A stretch of 64,000 nucleotides of DNA. It comes from Guillardia theta CCMP2712. Its lineage: Eukaryota > Protista > Cryptophyta. Below are positions 1 through 8,995 of the stretch, piece after piece. Below the pieces are notes generated by a model, which searched no databases, was not told the DNA's origin, and saw only the letters and a list, made by a program, of their open reading frames with translations. Every line of letters starts with the position of its first letter. The first letter of the stretch is position 1. A program made the position numbers and the translations under genes. The stretch is from NCBI RefSeq assembly GCF_000315625.1, contig NW_005434451.1, positions 1-64,000 on the forward strand. The letters are read 5' to 3'.

Positions 1-386
1 GCTCTTCACCCTCTCGACGAGATCAGCTTCGAGGACAGAGGCATCCACAAGTCCGCTCTGCGTGTATTGGCATGATCTCCGATACAGCAGTTTGCGAACA
101 TTTTCATCATACTGAAGAACCATACTTAGAAAGCTATTTGAAGTATACAAACCTCTCGCTTGCAGCTTCCTTGGCGCCCTGGCAGCTTCCCCTACACCAC
201 GCGTGCAGCCATGGTGCCTGAAATAACCGGCGCTGCCTGAAATAACCGGCGCTGCCTGAAATAACCGGCGCTGCCTGAAATAACCGGCGCTGCCTGAAAT
301 AACCGGCGCTGCCTGAAATAACCGGCGCTGCCTGAAATAACCGGCGCTGCCTGAAATAACCGGCGCTGCCTGAAATAACCGGCGCT
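1..386 (-). mobile_element. Telomere-associated single-ORF element, copy 1 (5' end only; continues off the left edge)
   Basis: Minus strand from 123 reads MVLQYDENVRKLLYRRSCQYTQSGLVDASVLEADLVERVKS, homologous to the N-terminus of the 990..3143 ORF (MVLQYDESVRNLLYRRSCQYTQGERSGGHVEEAADLVEKVKN). It is preceded by a 19-bp monomer array and telomere repeats. Confidence 0.75.
216..386. repeat. 19-bp tandem array (GCCTGAAATAACCGGCGCT)x9
   Basis: Nine perfect spacerless copies read directly. Confidence 0.97.
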
Positions 387-420
387 CCTAAACCCTAAAC
401 CCTAAACCCTAAACCCTAAA
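387..420. repeat. Telomeric repeat tract CCTAAA(CCCTAAA)4
   Basis: Perfect Arabidopsis-type telomere repeat (TTTAGGG on the minus strand) between two element copies. Confidence 0.95.
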
Positions 421-989
421 TAGTAGTAGTTGAGTTTATTAGAATGCTAGGTAGTTTGCATGGTTTGTTATCACCTTGCACTATTCTAGTCTAACAGGGA
501 TCTCGTGACCTGGCAGTTCGGCCCGACTTGGCTGGCCCTTATGGCAGCCGTGCTTCTGCTCTGCTCCCTCCTCTGCTATACTTCAGTGGTCTTCCCCGGC
601 CTCAGCCAGTGGAGTTTCCTCCGCCGGCCTTGGTCTGGGTCGTCCGTGCTTTCAACTTGTGTTGCTTCCTCGGCTCCGACACCCCTTGACGGTCTCGGCC
701 GGCCTTCGGCCAGTGAGTGGATGAAGGATGGGTTGGTAGGTGGAATGCGTATGGGTCCCTGGGACTCACGTCCCTTCCCCGGGGCCTCGGTCCGGACCGG
801 GCCCGAGAGCCCGGCCGGCCTCCGCCCGGCCTCCTCCTCCCGGCCCCCCTCCCCCCTCTCCCACCGGCTTACCTGCCCTTACCTTCGTTGCTTGCCCCAT
901 GTCCACCTCATTTATTTCTTCCTCCTTCCCCCCATGGGGCCAACAGCTCCGCTCCGCCTCTTGTCCACCTCTAAGACTTGACTCGAGCC

Positions 990-3143
990 TCAAGCGCGCG
1001 AGGGGCCTGCACCGGCCTCCTCCTCCTCGCCCTCGCCCTCCTCAGCCTCCATGTCGACTTCCTCCCTCATCATCAGCCGCAGTCGGTCTTGCTTGTCGAC
1101 CTTGCCCGTGCAGCTCAACCCATGGTTCTCAGCAAATTTACTGATCGCAAGAAACAAGAGGCTTACAGATCGACTCTCGATGTCATCGCTCTCGGCCTCC
1201 TGCTCGAGCGCATCAGTCGCTGCTGCCCTTGGAGAGAAGGCGCTGCCCCTCCTCGCTGCCTTGTTCCCTTGCACCCGAGTCCAGCGCTGCTCGCCGAGGT
1301 ACGCTCTGAGCTTTTCTTTCAACATGTTTCGCTTCGATCCCAGCGTCGGCGTGGCTGCCCAAGCTCCGAGCGTCATGAACTCCACGTTGCCCGGCGAGCA
1401 GAAGGTGTCATGCAGCTTCCCAACACTCTTGTCTAGCTCCAGAGAGATCGGCTTGCCAGCTAGCAGCTCCTCCTCTGATGTCTCCAAGAGCATCGTCGAG
1501 AGGTCGACCAAGACCTGTTGATCGACTGGCCCTGACGGCGACGCTGCTTCCATGGTGATCCTGTCGATGTCGCTGAGCTCCAGCCATCCAGCGCCTTGCT
1601 GCTGCCCTTGGGGCTCTTGGGCTTGCTCCTCGCTGCTCGGGCTCCTCTCCTCCTCATGCTGAGGCCCGTTGAGCTTGAACCCCACCGCTTCGAGCTTGAC
1701 TTCCAGGATCCCTTCCAAGTAAAAGGGCATGTCGTCCATCAGGCGTCGAGCGTCTGCCTTGGTCGCCAGGGAGAGAGCTATCGAGCTTCCGTCCCAGCTG
1801 AGCGTGTCACGATCCTCCTCGACCTCGACGCTGACCGGCGTCACGCCTATCCTTCTTGCTAACTCCAACATGGCTCGCTTGACTCTCGTGATCGATGTGT
1901 TACCTCCTCCGCACAGCGCTTCCATCTCCTTCCTCGAGAAGCGGCCTGTGCTCATGCTTGACCTCGACTTGATCTGCACTCTGAAGCTGCTGCGCCCCGC
2001 ATGATCTCTCTCGCGAAGTGCCCTCCTCTGCTTGGCGATCTTTCCCCTAGGAACGAAGGTGTCGGCTGTGAGCTCGACTGCAAACGTCTCTCTGAGCTTG
2101 GCGTCGTCGCTGATGAGAGTGAGATGCACCCCCTCCATCGCCTCGCTCTCTCTGAACGAGGCCAAGGTCTGCTCGCAACTTGCCGTCGAAGGCGAGCTGA
2201 GCACCCACTCCAGCTCTTTTTGCTGGAGAGTTCCCGTACTTGCCCCAACAGCGACATACGTCTTCGGGCTCGGCCCCTTGCGACCTCTCTGCCCAGCACC
2301 CTGCACGAGCATGCCTGCAAGCGGTTGTACCTCTGCGGCTGCAAGAGATTGCGAGAGCAGCTGAAATCGATAAATCTGAGCGATCTCGGCCGTCGACATT
2401 CCTCCGAGAGCTAGGAGCTGTGATAGCTCGGCAAGGCTCCCTCCCTTGCCCCCAGGTCCTCGCTTGGCTCGAAGCTTGAAGGACCGGTCGTGTGCTATGC
2501 TCACCTCTGTGGCTCGAAAGACTCTCCCTTCGATAGTGTATTCTCTCCTGCCTTCCCATAGCTCCATGGCTGCTTCATTCCGAAGGAAGGAGACGGTGAC
2601 TGAGATGTCGTCTGCTCGTGCTATCTCAGGTCTGTAAGGTGCTTTCCACATGATGGCCTTGTCGACTCCATCGACTGAGTCTACCATGAGACCTAGGTCC
2701 ATAAGCTTCGTTTTCAACTTTTCTTCTTGTCGAACAAACATCGAGGAAATCCCTAGGAGAGTCATGGAGATGAAGGAGGTCCCCTCGGTGCCTTCGGTGC
2801 CGATGTATGTCTCGACATTCTGCTTCTTGGCCTCCTCCATCTGTTGAATAAACCATGCTTTCGACTCTGAGCTCCATTCGCTCAGAGAGTCTTCAAACAG
2901 GTCGCGTCTCGCCTGCCGACATGTCGAGCGGATGGCTTCAGCGATAGCGTCGGGAGTGCATCCCCCCTCAGCTCTGCAAGCATAAGCTGTCCGACTATTC
3001 GGATAACGCTTGGTGAAGTTCTTCACCTTCTCGACGAGGTCGGCGGCCTCCTCGACGTGGCCTCCTGAGCGCTCACCCTGCGTGTATTGGCATGATCTCC
3101 GATACAGCAGGTTGCGAACGCTCTCATCATACTGTAGTACCAT
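990..3143 (-). CDS. 717-aa element-encoded protein, LINE ORF1/gag-like with putative degenerate RRMs
   Basis: Long intronless ORF in an intron-rich genome, with two paralogous fragments in the window. RRM-like segments ISVTVSFLRNEAAMELWEGRREYTIEGRVFRAT and SIALSLATKADARRLM, plus an acidic C-terminus. No RT or endonuclease motif seen. The domain call is pattern-based. Confidence 0.7.
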   Translation of the reverse strand: MVLQYDESVRNLLYRRSCQYTQGERSGGHVEEAADLVEKVKNFTKRYPNSRTAYACRAEGGCTPDAIAEAIRSTCRQARRDLFEDSLSEWSSESKAWFIQQMEEAKKQNVETYIGTEGTEGTSFISMTLLGISSMFVRQEEKLKTKLMDLGLMVDSVDGVDKAIMWKAPYRPEIARADDISVTVSFLRNEAAMELWEGRREYTIEGRVFRATEVSIAHDRSFKLRAKRGPGGKGGSLAELSQLLALGGMSTAEIAQIYRFQLLSQSLAAAEVQPLAGMLVQGAGQRGRKGPSPKTYVAVGASTGTLQQKELEWVLSSPSTASCEQTLASFRESEAMEGVHLTLISDDAKLRETFAVELTADTFVPRGKIAKQRRALRERDHAGRSSFRVQIKSRSSMSTGRFSRKEMEALCGGGNTSITRVKRAMLELARRIGVTPVSVEVEEDRDTLSWDGSSIALSLATKADARRLMDDMPFYLEGILEVKLEAVGFKLNGPQHEEERSPSSEEQAQEPQGQQQGAGWLELSDIDRITMEAASPSGPVDQQVLVDLSTMLLETSEEELLAGKPISLELDKSVGKLHDTFCSPGNVEFMTLGAWAATPTLGSKRNMLKEKLRAYLGEQRWTRVQGNKAARRGSAFSPRAAATDALEQEAESDDIESRSVSLLFLAISKFAENHGLSCTGKVDKQDRLRLMMREEVDMEAEEGEGEEEEAGAGPSRA

Positions 3144-3231
3144 GCTTAGAAAGCTGTTTGAACTATATGAACCTCTTGCTCGCAGCTTCCACCGGTCCCC
3201 TTGCGCTCTCCCTACGCGCCGCAGGGCCGCA

Positions 3232-3476
3232 TGCTCTTACTAAGGGCCGGCTGCTCTTACTAAGGGCCGGCTGCTCTTACTAAGGGCCGGCTGCTCTTAC
3301 TAAGGGCCGGCTGCTCTTACTAAGGGCCGGCTGCTCTTACTAAGGGCCGGCTGCTCTTACTAAGGGCCGGCTGCTCTTACTAAGGGCCGGCTGCTCTTAC
3401 TAAGGGCCGGCTGCTCTTACTAAGGGCCGGCTGCTCTTACTAAGGGCCGGCTGCTCTTACTAAGGGCCGGCTGCTC
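3232..3476. repeat. 20-bp tandem array (TAAGGGCCGGCTGCTCTTAC)x~12
   Basis: Perfect spacerless copies just upstream of the 717-aa ORF leader. Confidence 0.97.
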
Positions 3477-3964
3477 ACCTTGGCCTTCGGTCGCCACCTA
3501 CTCTTCCTCCCTTCAGCTTCCTCAGCCTCAGTCAGAAGAGTTGCCTCTCCTCACCTTGGCCTTCGGTTGCCTCCTACCTTCTCTCCTTACCTTGCTTACC
3601 TTGCTGGCTCGTCGGTTGCTCTTCGACTTCACCGTGTTGTCTTGCTTCAAGCTTAGCGCAGCTCAAGCTCGGTACGGGCTCGCCCCGTCTCCTTCCTCGC
3701 CCTCGCCTTGCTCTTGTTCCATGTCCGAGTCTTCTTCATCATCTTCCCTCATCTCCACCCGCAGTCGGTCCTTCTTGTCCACCTTCAGCGAGCAGGCCAG
3801 CACATGCATCTCTGCGAATTTACTCAGTGCTATGAACAGGAAGCTAAGAGATCGACGCTCTATGTCGTCGCTCTCCGCCTCCTGCAGCAGCTGCCGTTGC
3901 CCGTGGCGAGAACGCGCTGCCCCTCCTTGCCTTCTTGCTGTCTCCTTGCACGCGAGTCCACCGC
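3477..3964 (-). pseudogene. Element copy 3: 5'-truncated, frameshifted remnant of the 717-aa ORF C-terminus
   Basis: Minus strand reads RWTRVQGDSKKARRGSAFSPRA, then an ~8-nt deletion and frameshift, then QEAESDDIERRSLSFLFIALSKFAEMHVLACSLKVDKKDRLRVEMRE...GASPYRA* (stop 3663-3665). Colinear with copy 2. Confidence 0.85.
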
Positions 3965-3995
3965 TTAGGATTTAGGGTTTAGGTGAGAGTTTAGG
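3965..3995. repeat. Degenerate telomeric repeats TTAGGA TTTAGGG TTTAGG...TTTAGG (opposite orientation to 387-420)
   Basis: Read directly at the 5' truncation point of copy 3. Confidence 0.8.
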
Positions 3996-4056
3996 AAAAC
4001 TTGGACCAAGGATCAAGGAGAAAGAGAAAGCTTCAGATGAGTCAAGGGAAGAAGAG

Positions 4057-4324
4057 TAGAAGTTAGCAGTGGGCGAAGGGAGGAGTGTAGATGTTAGCAG
4101 GGGGCGAAGGGAGGAGTGTAGATGTTAGCAGGGGGCGAAGGGAGGAGTGTAGATGTTAGCAGGGGGCGAAGGGAGGAGTGTAGAAGTTAGCAGGGGGCGA
4201 AGGGAGGAGTGTAGAAGTTGGCAGGGGGCGAAGGGAGGAGTGTAGAAGTTAGCAGTGGGCGAAGGGAGGAGTGTAGAAGTTAGCAGTGGGCGAAGGGAGG
4301 AGTGTAGAAGTTGGCAGGAGGCGA
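4057..4324. repeat. 31-bp minisatellite (GTAGAAGTTAGCAGGGGGCGAAGGGAGGAGT), ~8.5 copies
   Basis: 31-nt period with a few variant positions; separates the element array from the first host gene. Confidence 0.93.
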
Positions 4325-4359
4325 GGAGAGATAACTGTAGTAGTTTGACTTATTCTTGA

Positions 4360-5634
4360 TCAAATGGTCTCGAGGAAAGCGTTCTTGGTGTACAAACACT
4401 GCCTGATCAACCAACAGCCCTGCTGTGGCGGCCTCCTCTCCTGTATCACAAACACAGTCAGGAACAGCTTGTCATTACTTCTTCATCATGCTGCTCCCCT
4501 CTTCCCCTCTCCCCAGCTCACCTCCCCCTGCCTCTTATTTTTCACTCTCTCTCCTTTCTTCCGGCTGAGTTCTTCTCTCCAACCCCTCCACCTTTCTTCT
4601 CGCCTCCGCCACCCTACTTCATCTTCCCCTCCATCCTCGGTCCCCTCATCTTCTTTTACGCCACCTGCTCTAGGGTCCACAAGAATCGTCTCTTGTCACC
4701 ATTCTTGGTTGTTATATGCGCGATCTGCGTGACGTCAGCAGCAGCAGCAGCAGCAGCATGCGTTACCTGAGTCGCGAGAGCTCCGCGAGTGGGGGAGGAG
4801 GGAAGGAAGTTCATGTCTTCTCGCTCGTACTTCTCGCATCTGACGAGGGACTGGAAGGTCGGGTTGGACGCGTACTTGATGAAGTGCTCAACCGTAGTCC
4901 CTCCTGCCCTGCTGTCGTCTCCTCCTACAGCCGACCTACACCAAAGGTTACCGGCACTGGTTCGAGAAGGAAGAAAAGAAACGACATGGAGAAGGAGAAG
5001 TTGGAGCAGCAGCAGCTTCACGAATTGGAGAAGGGAAGAGGAGGAGAGCCAGGAGGGGGAAAGACAGGAGAAGGAGGATGATGACACAGAGAGGCAGGAG
5101 GAGGAGGAGGAGGAGATTGAAGAGGAGAAGATTGAAGAGGAGGAGATTGAAGAGGAGAGGAGGAGATTGAAGAGGAGAGGAGGAGATTGAAGAGGAGAGG
5201 AGGAGATTGAAGAGGAGAGGAAGAGGAGGGGCAGGAGGAGGAGGCAGTAACCTGCACATGTTGTTGGAGAAAGCGAAGCATCTCTTGAGCCCGGCGTCTA
5301 TCTCAGGGAAGTCGTTGTGCTTGAGCCCTTCAAGGATGTAATACATCACTTCCTCCGCTGAGAACTCCGGGCTCGGTTCCATCGGAAGCTTGCTAACATG
5401 CACCAGACTGTCGCCGTCACGCTGGGGCAAGCAAGCAACTATCGTTCTGGTTCCGACATGCCCGCGAGCTGGGAGCATCGGGGAGCGCCATGCTGGTTTC
5501 ATAGCCCAAGGAAGTCTAGCAAGACCTGGCGCTTGAAATGCCCAGGACTCAACAACCATGAAGAAGTGGGCAAAAACAAAGAACGCTGTTGTTTGACATG
5601 TCTGAGACAAAGATATTGTGAGGAGACGAGTCAT
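4360..5634 (-). CDS. Probable plastid-targeted protein, DUF4864-like, 4 exons (5634-5252, 4935-4767, 4724-4665, 4440-4360)
   Basis: GT-AG introns join in frame. Signal peptide ends ESWA|F, followed by a transit-like peptide. Core PSPEFSAEEV..ILEGLKHNDFP..DAGLKRCFAFS ... FLWTLEQERRPPQQGCWLI resembles cyanobacterial/algal DUF4864-type proteins. Confidence 0.7.
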
Positions 5635-6076
5635 ATCAGTTGTCAAGGTAACAAAGACGAATCGGGTGAGCTTTTGATGACGCTGCAGATGAAGCCGTGG
5701 CGCTGATGCTGGTGATCTAGCAGTGACTTGTCGGTGTTATGCGGACGATCTATATGTGGCAAGTGAGCTGGTCAGTTCAATAGGCTAGACGTACACTTCT
5801 GGAGAGGGAACGAAACGTTCCAGCGCTGGGGTGTTGTGAGGAGTGAAAGGAGGAGGAGGAGGAGGAGGAGGAGGAGGAGGAGGAGGAGGAGGAGGAGTAC
5901 CTAGCAGCACTGTCAGGAGTAGTCGAAATCAAGTCGAAATTCTTTATGTGTATACTAGCTGGTGGACACGGCGTTGCTTTTGCCATTCTAGTACGATATA
6001 TACACAAGTTTTATAAATTCTTGGTACAAGCTAAAATGTTATATCGATCCGACGTAGGCCGCTGGATGTCCAAGTG

Positions 6077-6662
6077 ATGGGAGCGGAGAAGGAGAGCCAG
6101 GAGTCGAACAAGAAAGATTGCTCGGAACTCAAGGTAGCCCCTACTTGTATCTCCCTCTCTCCTCCTCCTCTCCCCTCCCCCCTTTCCTTCCTCCTTCCCT
6201 CTCTTCTCCCTATCCTCACTCCCATCCTTCCCTCCCCTCTCTCCCCTCCCCCCTCCTTCCTCACTTCCTCCCTTCTCCCTATCCGCTCTCCCTCTCTACC
6301 TCCCTCCCTCTGTCTTCTTGCCTCGATGAAATCCACTCACATCCATCCTGCTGCCATGGCTCCATGCCTCAACGCCTAGCTCTGCACTACCTGGTTACCC
6401 GTGCCCATTCCCCAGCGCTTTGATTCCAAAATGTAGTTTTCTAAAGCGTTACAACCGATGCAGAAGATGTACGAGGCGTGCTTTAGGAACTGGTACACAG
6501 ACAAGTTTCTTCGTGGAGTCACCACCCCTGCTTGCCAGGATGAATGGGAGGTCTGAGTAGGGGTTACTTTAATGCTTGTTTTGAAGCCGTGAGCAGGATT
6601 ATAGGGAATGCATGGTCGAGAGCTTGAAGTCTAAGAATCTGAGCCACTTGATCGATCGATAA
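6077..6662 (+). CDS. MDM35: Mitochondrial intermembrane-space twin CX9C protein Mdm35/TRIAP1, 3 exons (6077-6133, 6464-6550, 6597-6662)
   Basis: Spliced product MGAEKESQESNKKDCSELKKMYEACFRNWYTDKFLRGVTTPACQDEWEDYRECMVESLKSKNLSHLIDR* has twin CX9C and the CF..WY..KFL.G signature. Confidence 0.92.
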
Positions 6663-6702
6663 TGGTATAATGTTTCTGTGATGATGAGTAGCCGGGTGTC
6701 AT

Positions 6703-8408
6703 TCAGGCTCTCAATAAAGTAGAATCCTCACACAGAACGATGATTGCAGTCGCCATATCAATGTACTTCGAGATATGCTGTTTGCGGAATCTTTGATCAA
6801 TCGTTGGGCTGCGGAATCGAAGGAGGATGACTAGGAAAACTACACGAGGGCTCGCAATGAAGGACCCAATGCACGGTACTGCGATGAAGTTCTGAAGCAG
6901 AAGAAGAGCTAAAGCAAGATACAACAATGCAGAGATTCCTGCAAAGTAGCTGAAGCATGGAGAGTGAGATTACAGCAACTTACAATCGAACTTGATGGTC
7001 ATCTTGAAGGCACATCGCAAGGAATCAAGACAATTGAAGTGACAAGGGTAAACAAGTTTCAATCTCAGCAAGACTTTCATCAATCATTACGAGAGTCTCT
7101 CGATTCGGATACATATCTTTTGTCATCCCTTCTTGCCAGCGTTCCCCATAGCTGGTACGCAGAATTGATCTGTCTGTGTCTTCGCCTTCTTCTGCTTCTC
7201 TGAGACAAGAAGGTTCAGTCGGGTGGCCGCCTGGTTCTCCGGCTCCATCTCTAAAATGCTCCTGGAGTCCCGTTCCGCCTCCTCGTAGTGACCCAGCTCC
7301 AGGTTCGCTTGCGCTCGCCTGAATTTCGCCTTGATCATGTTCGTTCGGATCGCAAGCGCTTGACTGCAGAACGCGATAGTTTCGTTGTACTTGGCCCGCT
7401 TGTAGCACACGGTGGCTCTATTCGTCAGCAGTAGAGCCCTTTCGTCCCCCACTATCCGCCGATGCTCCCTCGAGCCCTCACCCTCCTCACATAGCAGGAG
7501 GTCAAAGGCGCTTTCATAGAAGTTGTTAGCTTTCTCGTACTCGCCCGACGTGAAGAATTCGTTTCCTCGCTCTCGGCGTATCTTGACGTGGCGCATCAGG
7601 TCCTCGAACTCCATGCTCCACGACGGTTTGACGTTGAAGATTTGACACTCCCACAAGATGTGCTCGGACTGCCCGAGCTCAGGCAGCAGAGGCTTCTGAC
7701 TTTGACCGACGCTCCTCGCTATCTCACCGGAGATATCGATCAAAGCGTGCTGCCCCTCCTTGAGATGTAGTAGAGCGTCCTCAATGTACTCGCCCAAATC
7801 TCCGTGTCCTACTATGACGCTGAAGTTTCGAGAAGGCATGAAGACGTGACCTGCAGACGTTGACCCCTGCCAAGCACGTCAGCTCTTGTTAACGCTCGCC
7901 AACTCCCTAAGAGACTCACATGTAGCACGAGTGTGACGATGGACAGGTCTTGTATGTACATGAGAAATGACAGAGGAGCTCCGATGATCTTGACGTTCAC
8001 TGCTTCTAACTTGTCGCTCTGAAAGAGTTCAAGCTTGACATCCCAGTCGACAAGCTCGACGTAAAACTCCAACTCGGCATATGGGAGGTCTGGACAATAG
8101 CTAGCGCAATGCCGTGAGGTAGTCTGTCCGACAGCTCTCTGTAGTCGTGACGAGTCCTTGTGTGATTCAAAAGATATTCCTTGAATTTCGTCCGGGCAAC
8201 GACTCTGAAATCAAGAGGGTCAATAGCATGAAAGAGTTTCATAGGAGCTACATCGCGAATTCTCTGATCAGCCCAGTCACACCTTGACCAGGACCCTGTC
8301 TCCGCAGTGCATCTGCTTCAATGCAGACTCGATGGCTTTGATGGGTGAGGGCAACTTGCCAAGATGAGACGATTGCTCGTACACCATTTCACTGTACATG
8401 ACACCCAT
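6703..8408 (-). CDS. Multi-domain FKBP-like/TPR protein with C-terminal hydrophobic anchor (multi-exon, start approximate)
   Basis: TPR triad (RERGNEFFTSGEYEKANNFYESA; LLTNRATVCYK..Y...I..CSQAL; IKAKFRRAQANLELGHYEEA). FKBP-like motifs AIESALKQMHCGD, EFYVELVDW and IEDALLHLKEGQ. Hydrophobic last exon. Confidence 0.7.
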
Positions 8409-8931
8409 GTGTGCGAACTCTTTCACATGATCCAAGCGTGACTCCGGCGGACGGCTCACCGTAAAACAATGATTGGACGGTGCGACACTGTGGAGAGTCC
8501 TCAAGAGGCTCCTCGCACTGCGGCAGGCTCTCAGGCCCGAGGAGTCCTCAGTGGCCCAGGCTGACTCGGATTGTCCTCGTTCTGATCTTCACTGATAGTA
8601 AGTTATCAGTACTGTATGATGATCAGCTTTACTCAAAGTCACGTTGCTGAGTTAAAGATCAGCTGGCAGTGCGACCGACAGTACGATGGAGTCCTGAGGG
8701 TCAAGAGGCTCCCGAGTCGACTCTGACTCGGAGTCAGAGTCCGATCCGGCGACCGGCAGTCTCCTGGCTGATTGTCCTCACGGTTCTGATCTTCAATAGT
8801 AAGTTAGGTTTGGTTCTCGCTGTCTTTTCTCTTCTCGCCGTTTGGCCAGTGCGACAGTGTCAGGGCCGGCGGCGGGGTCAAGCCGGCCTCCTCGACTGAG
8901 TGACTCTCCTGATTGTCCTCGTACTGATTTT

Positions 8932-8995
8932 TAACTTAACTTTGAGTAAAGTTATCATTACTGTATGAACATCAGCTTTACTCAAAGTTAAGTTA
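8932..8995. repeat. Perfect 20-bp inverted repeat with 24-nt loop
   Basis: TAACTTAACTTTGAGTAAAG (8932-8951) is the exact reverse complement of CTTTACTCAAAGTTAAGTTA (8976-8995). Confidence 0.9.

Larger units (their letters stand above)
421..3476 (-). mobile_element. Telomere-associated single-ORF element, copy 2 (apparently complete, ~3.05 kb)
   Basis: Sense (minus) layout: 20-bp monomer array, 6-codon uORF, intronless 717-aa ORF, ~570-nt 3' region ending AATAAACTCAACTACTACTA fused to (TTTAGGG)n. Homologous copies lie on both sides. Confidence 0.7.

Noticed and set aside
112-135. CTGAAGA...GAAA as a hammerhead ribozyme core (Penelope-like element)
   Set aside because: No stem II pairing, and the homologous site in copy 2 reads CTGTAGT.
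505-993. Short ORFs in the element 3' region as an ORF2
   Set aside because: Low-complexity GC-rich frames with no RT motifs and no clear conservation in copy 3.
216-4324. 19-, 20- and 31-bp repeat arrays as CRISPR
   Set aside because: No unique spacers, no cas genes, eukaryotic context; these are plain tandem repeats. The same applies to 40171-40300.
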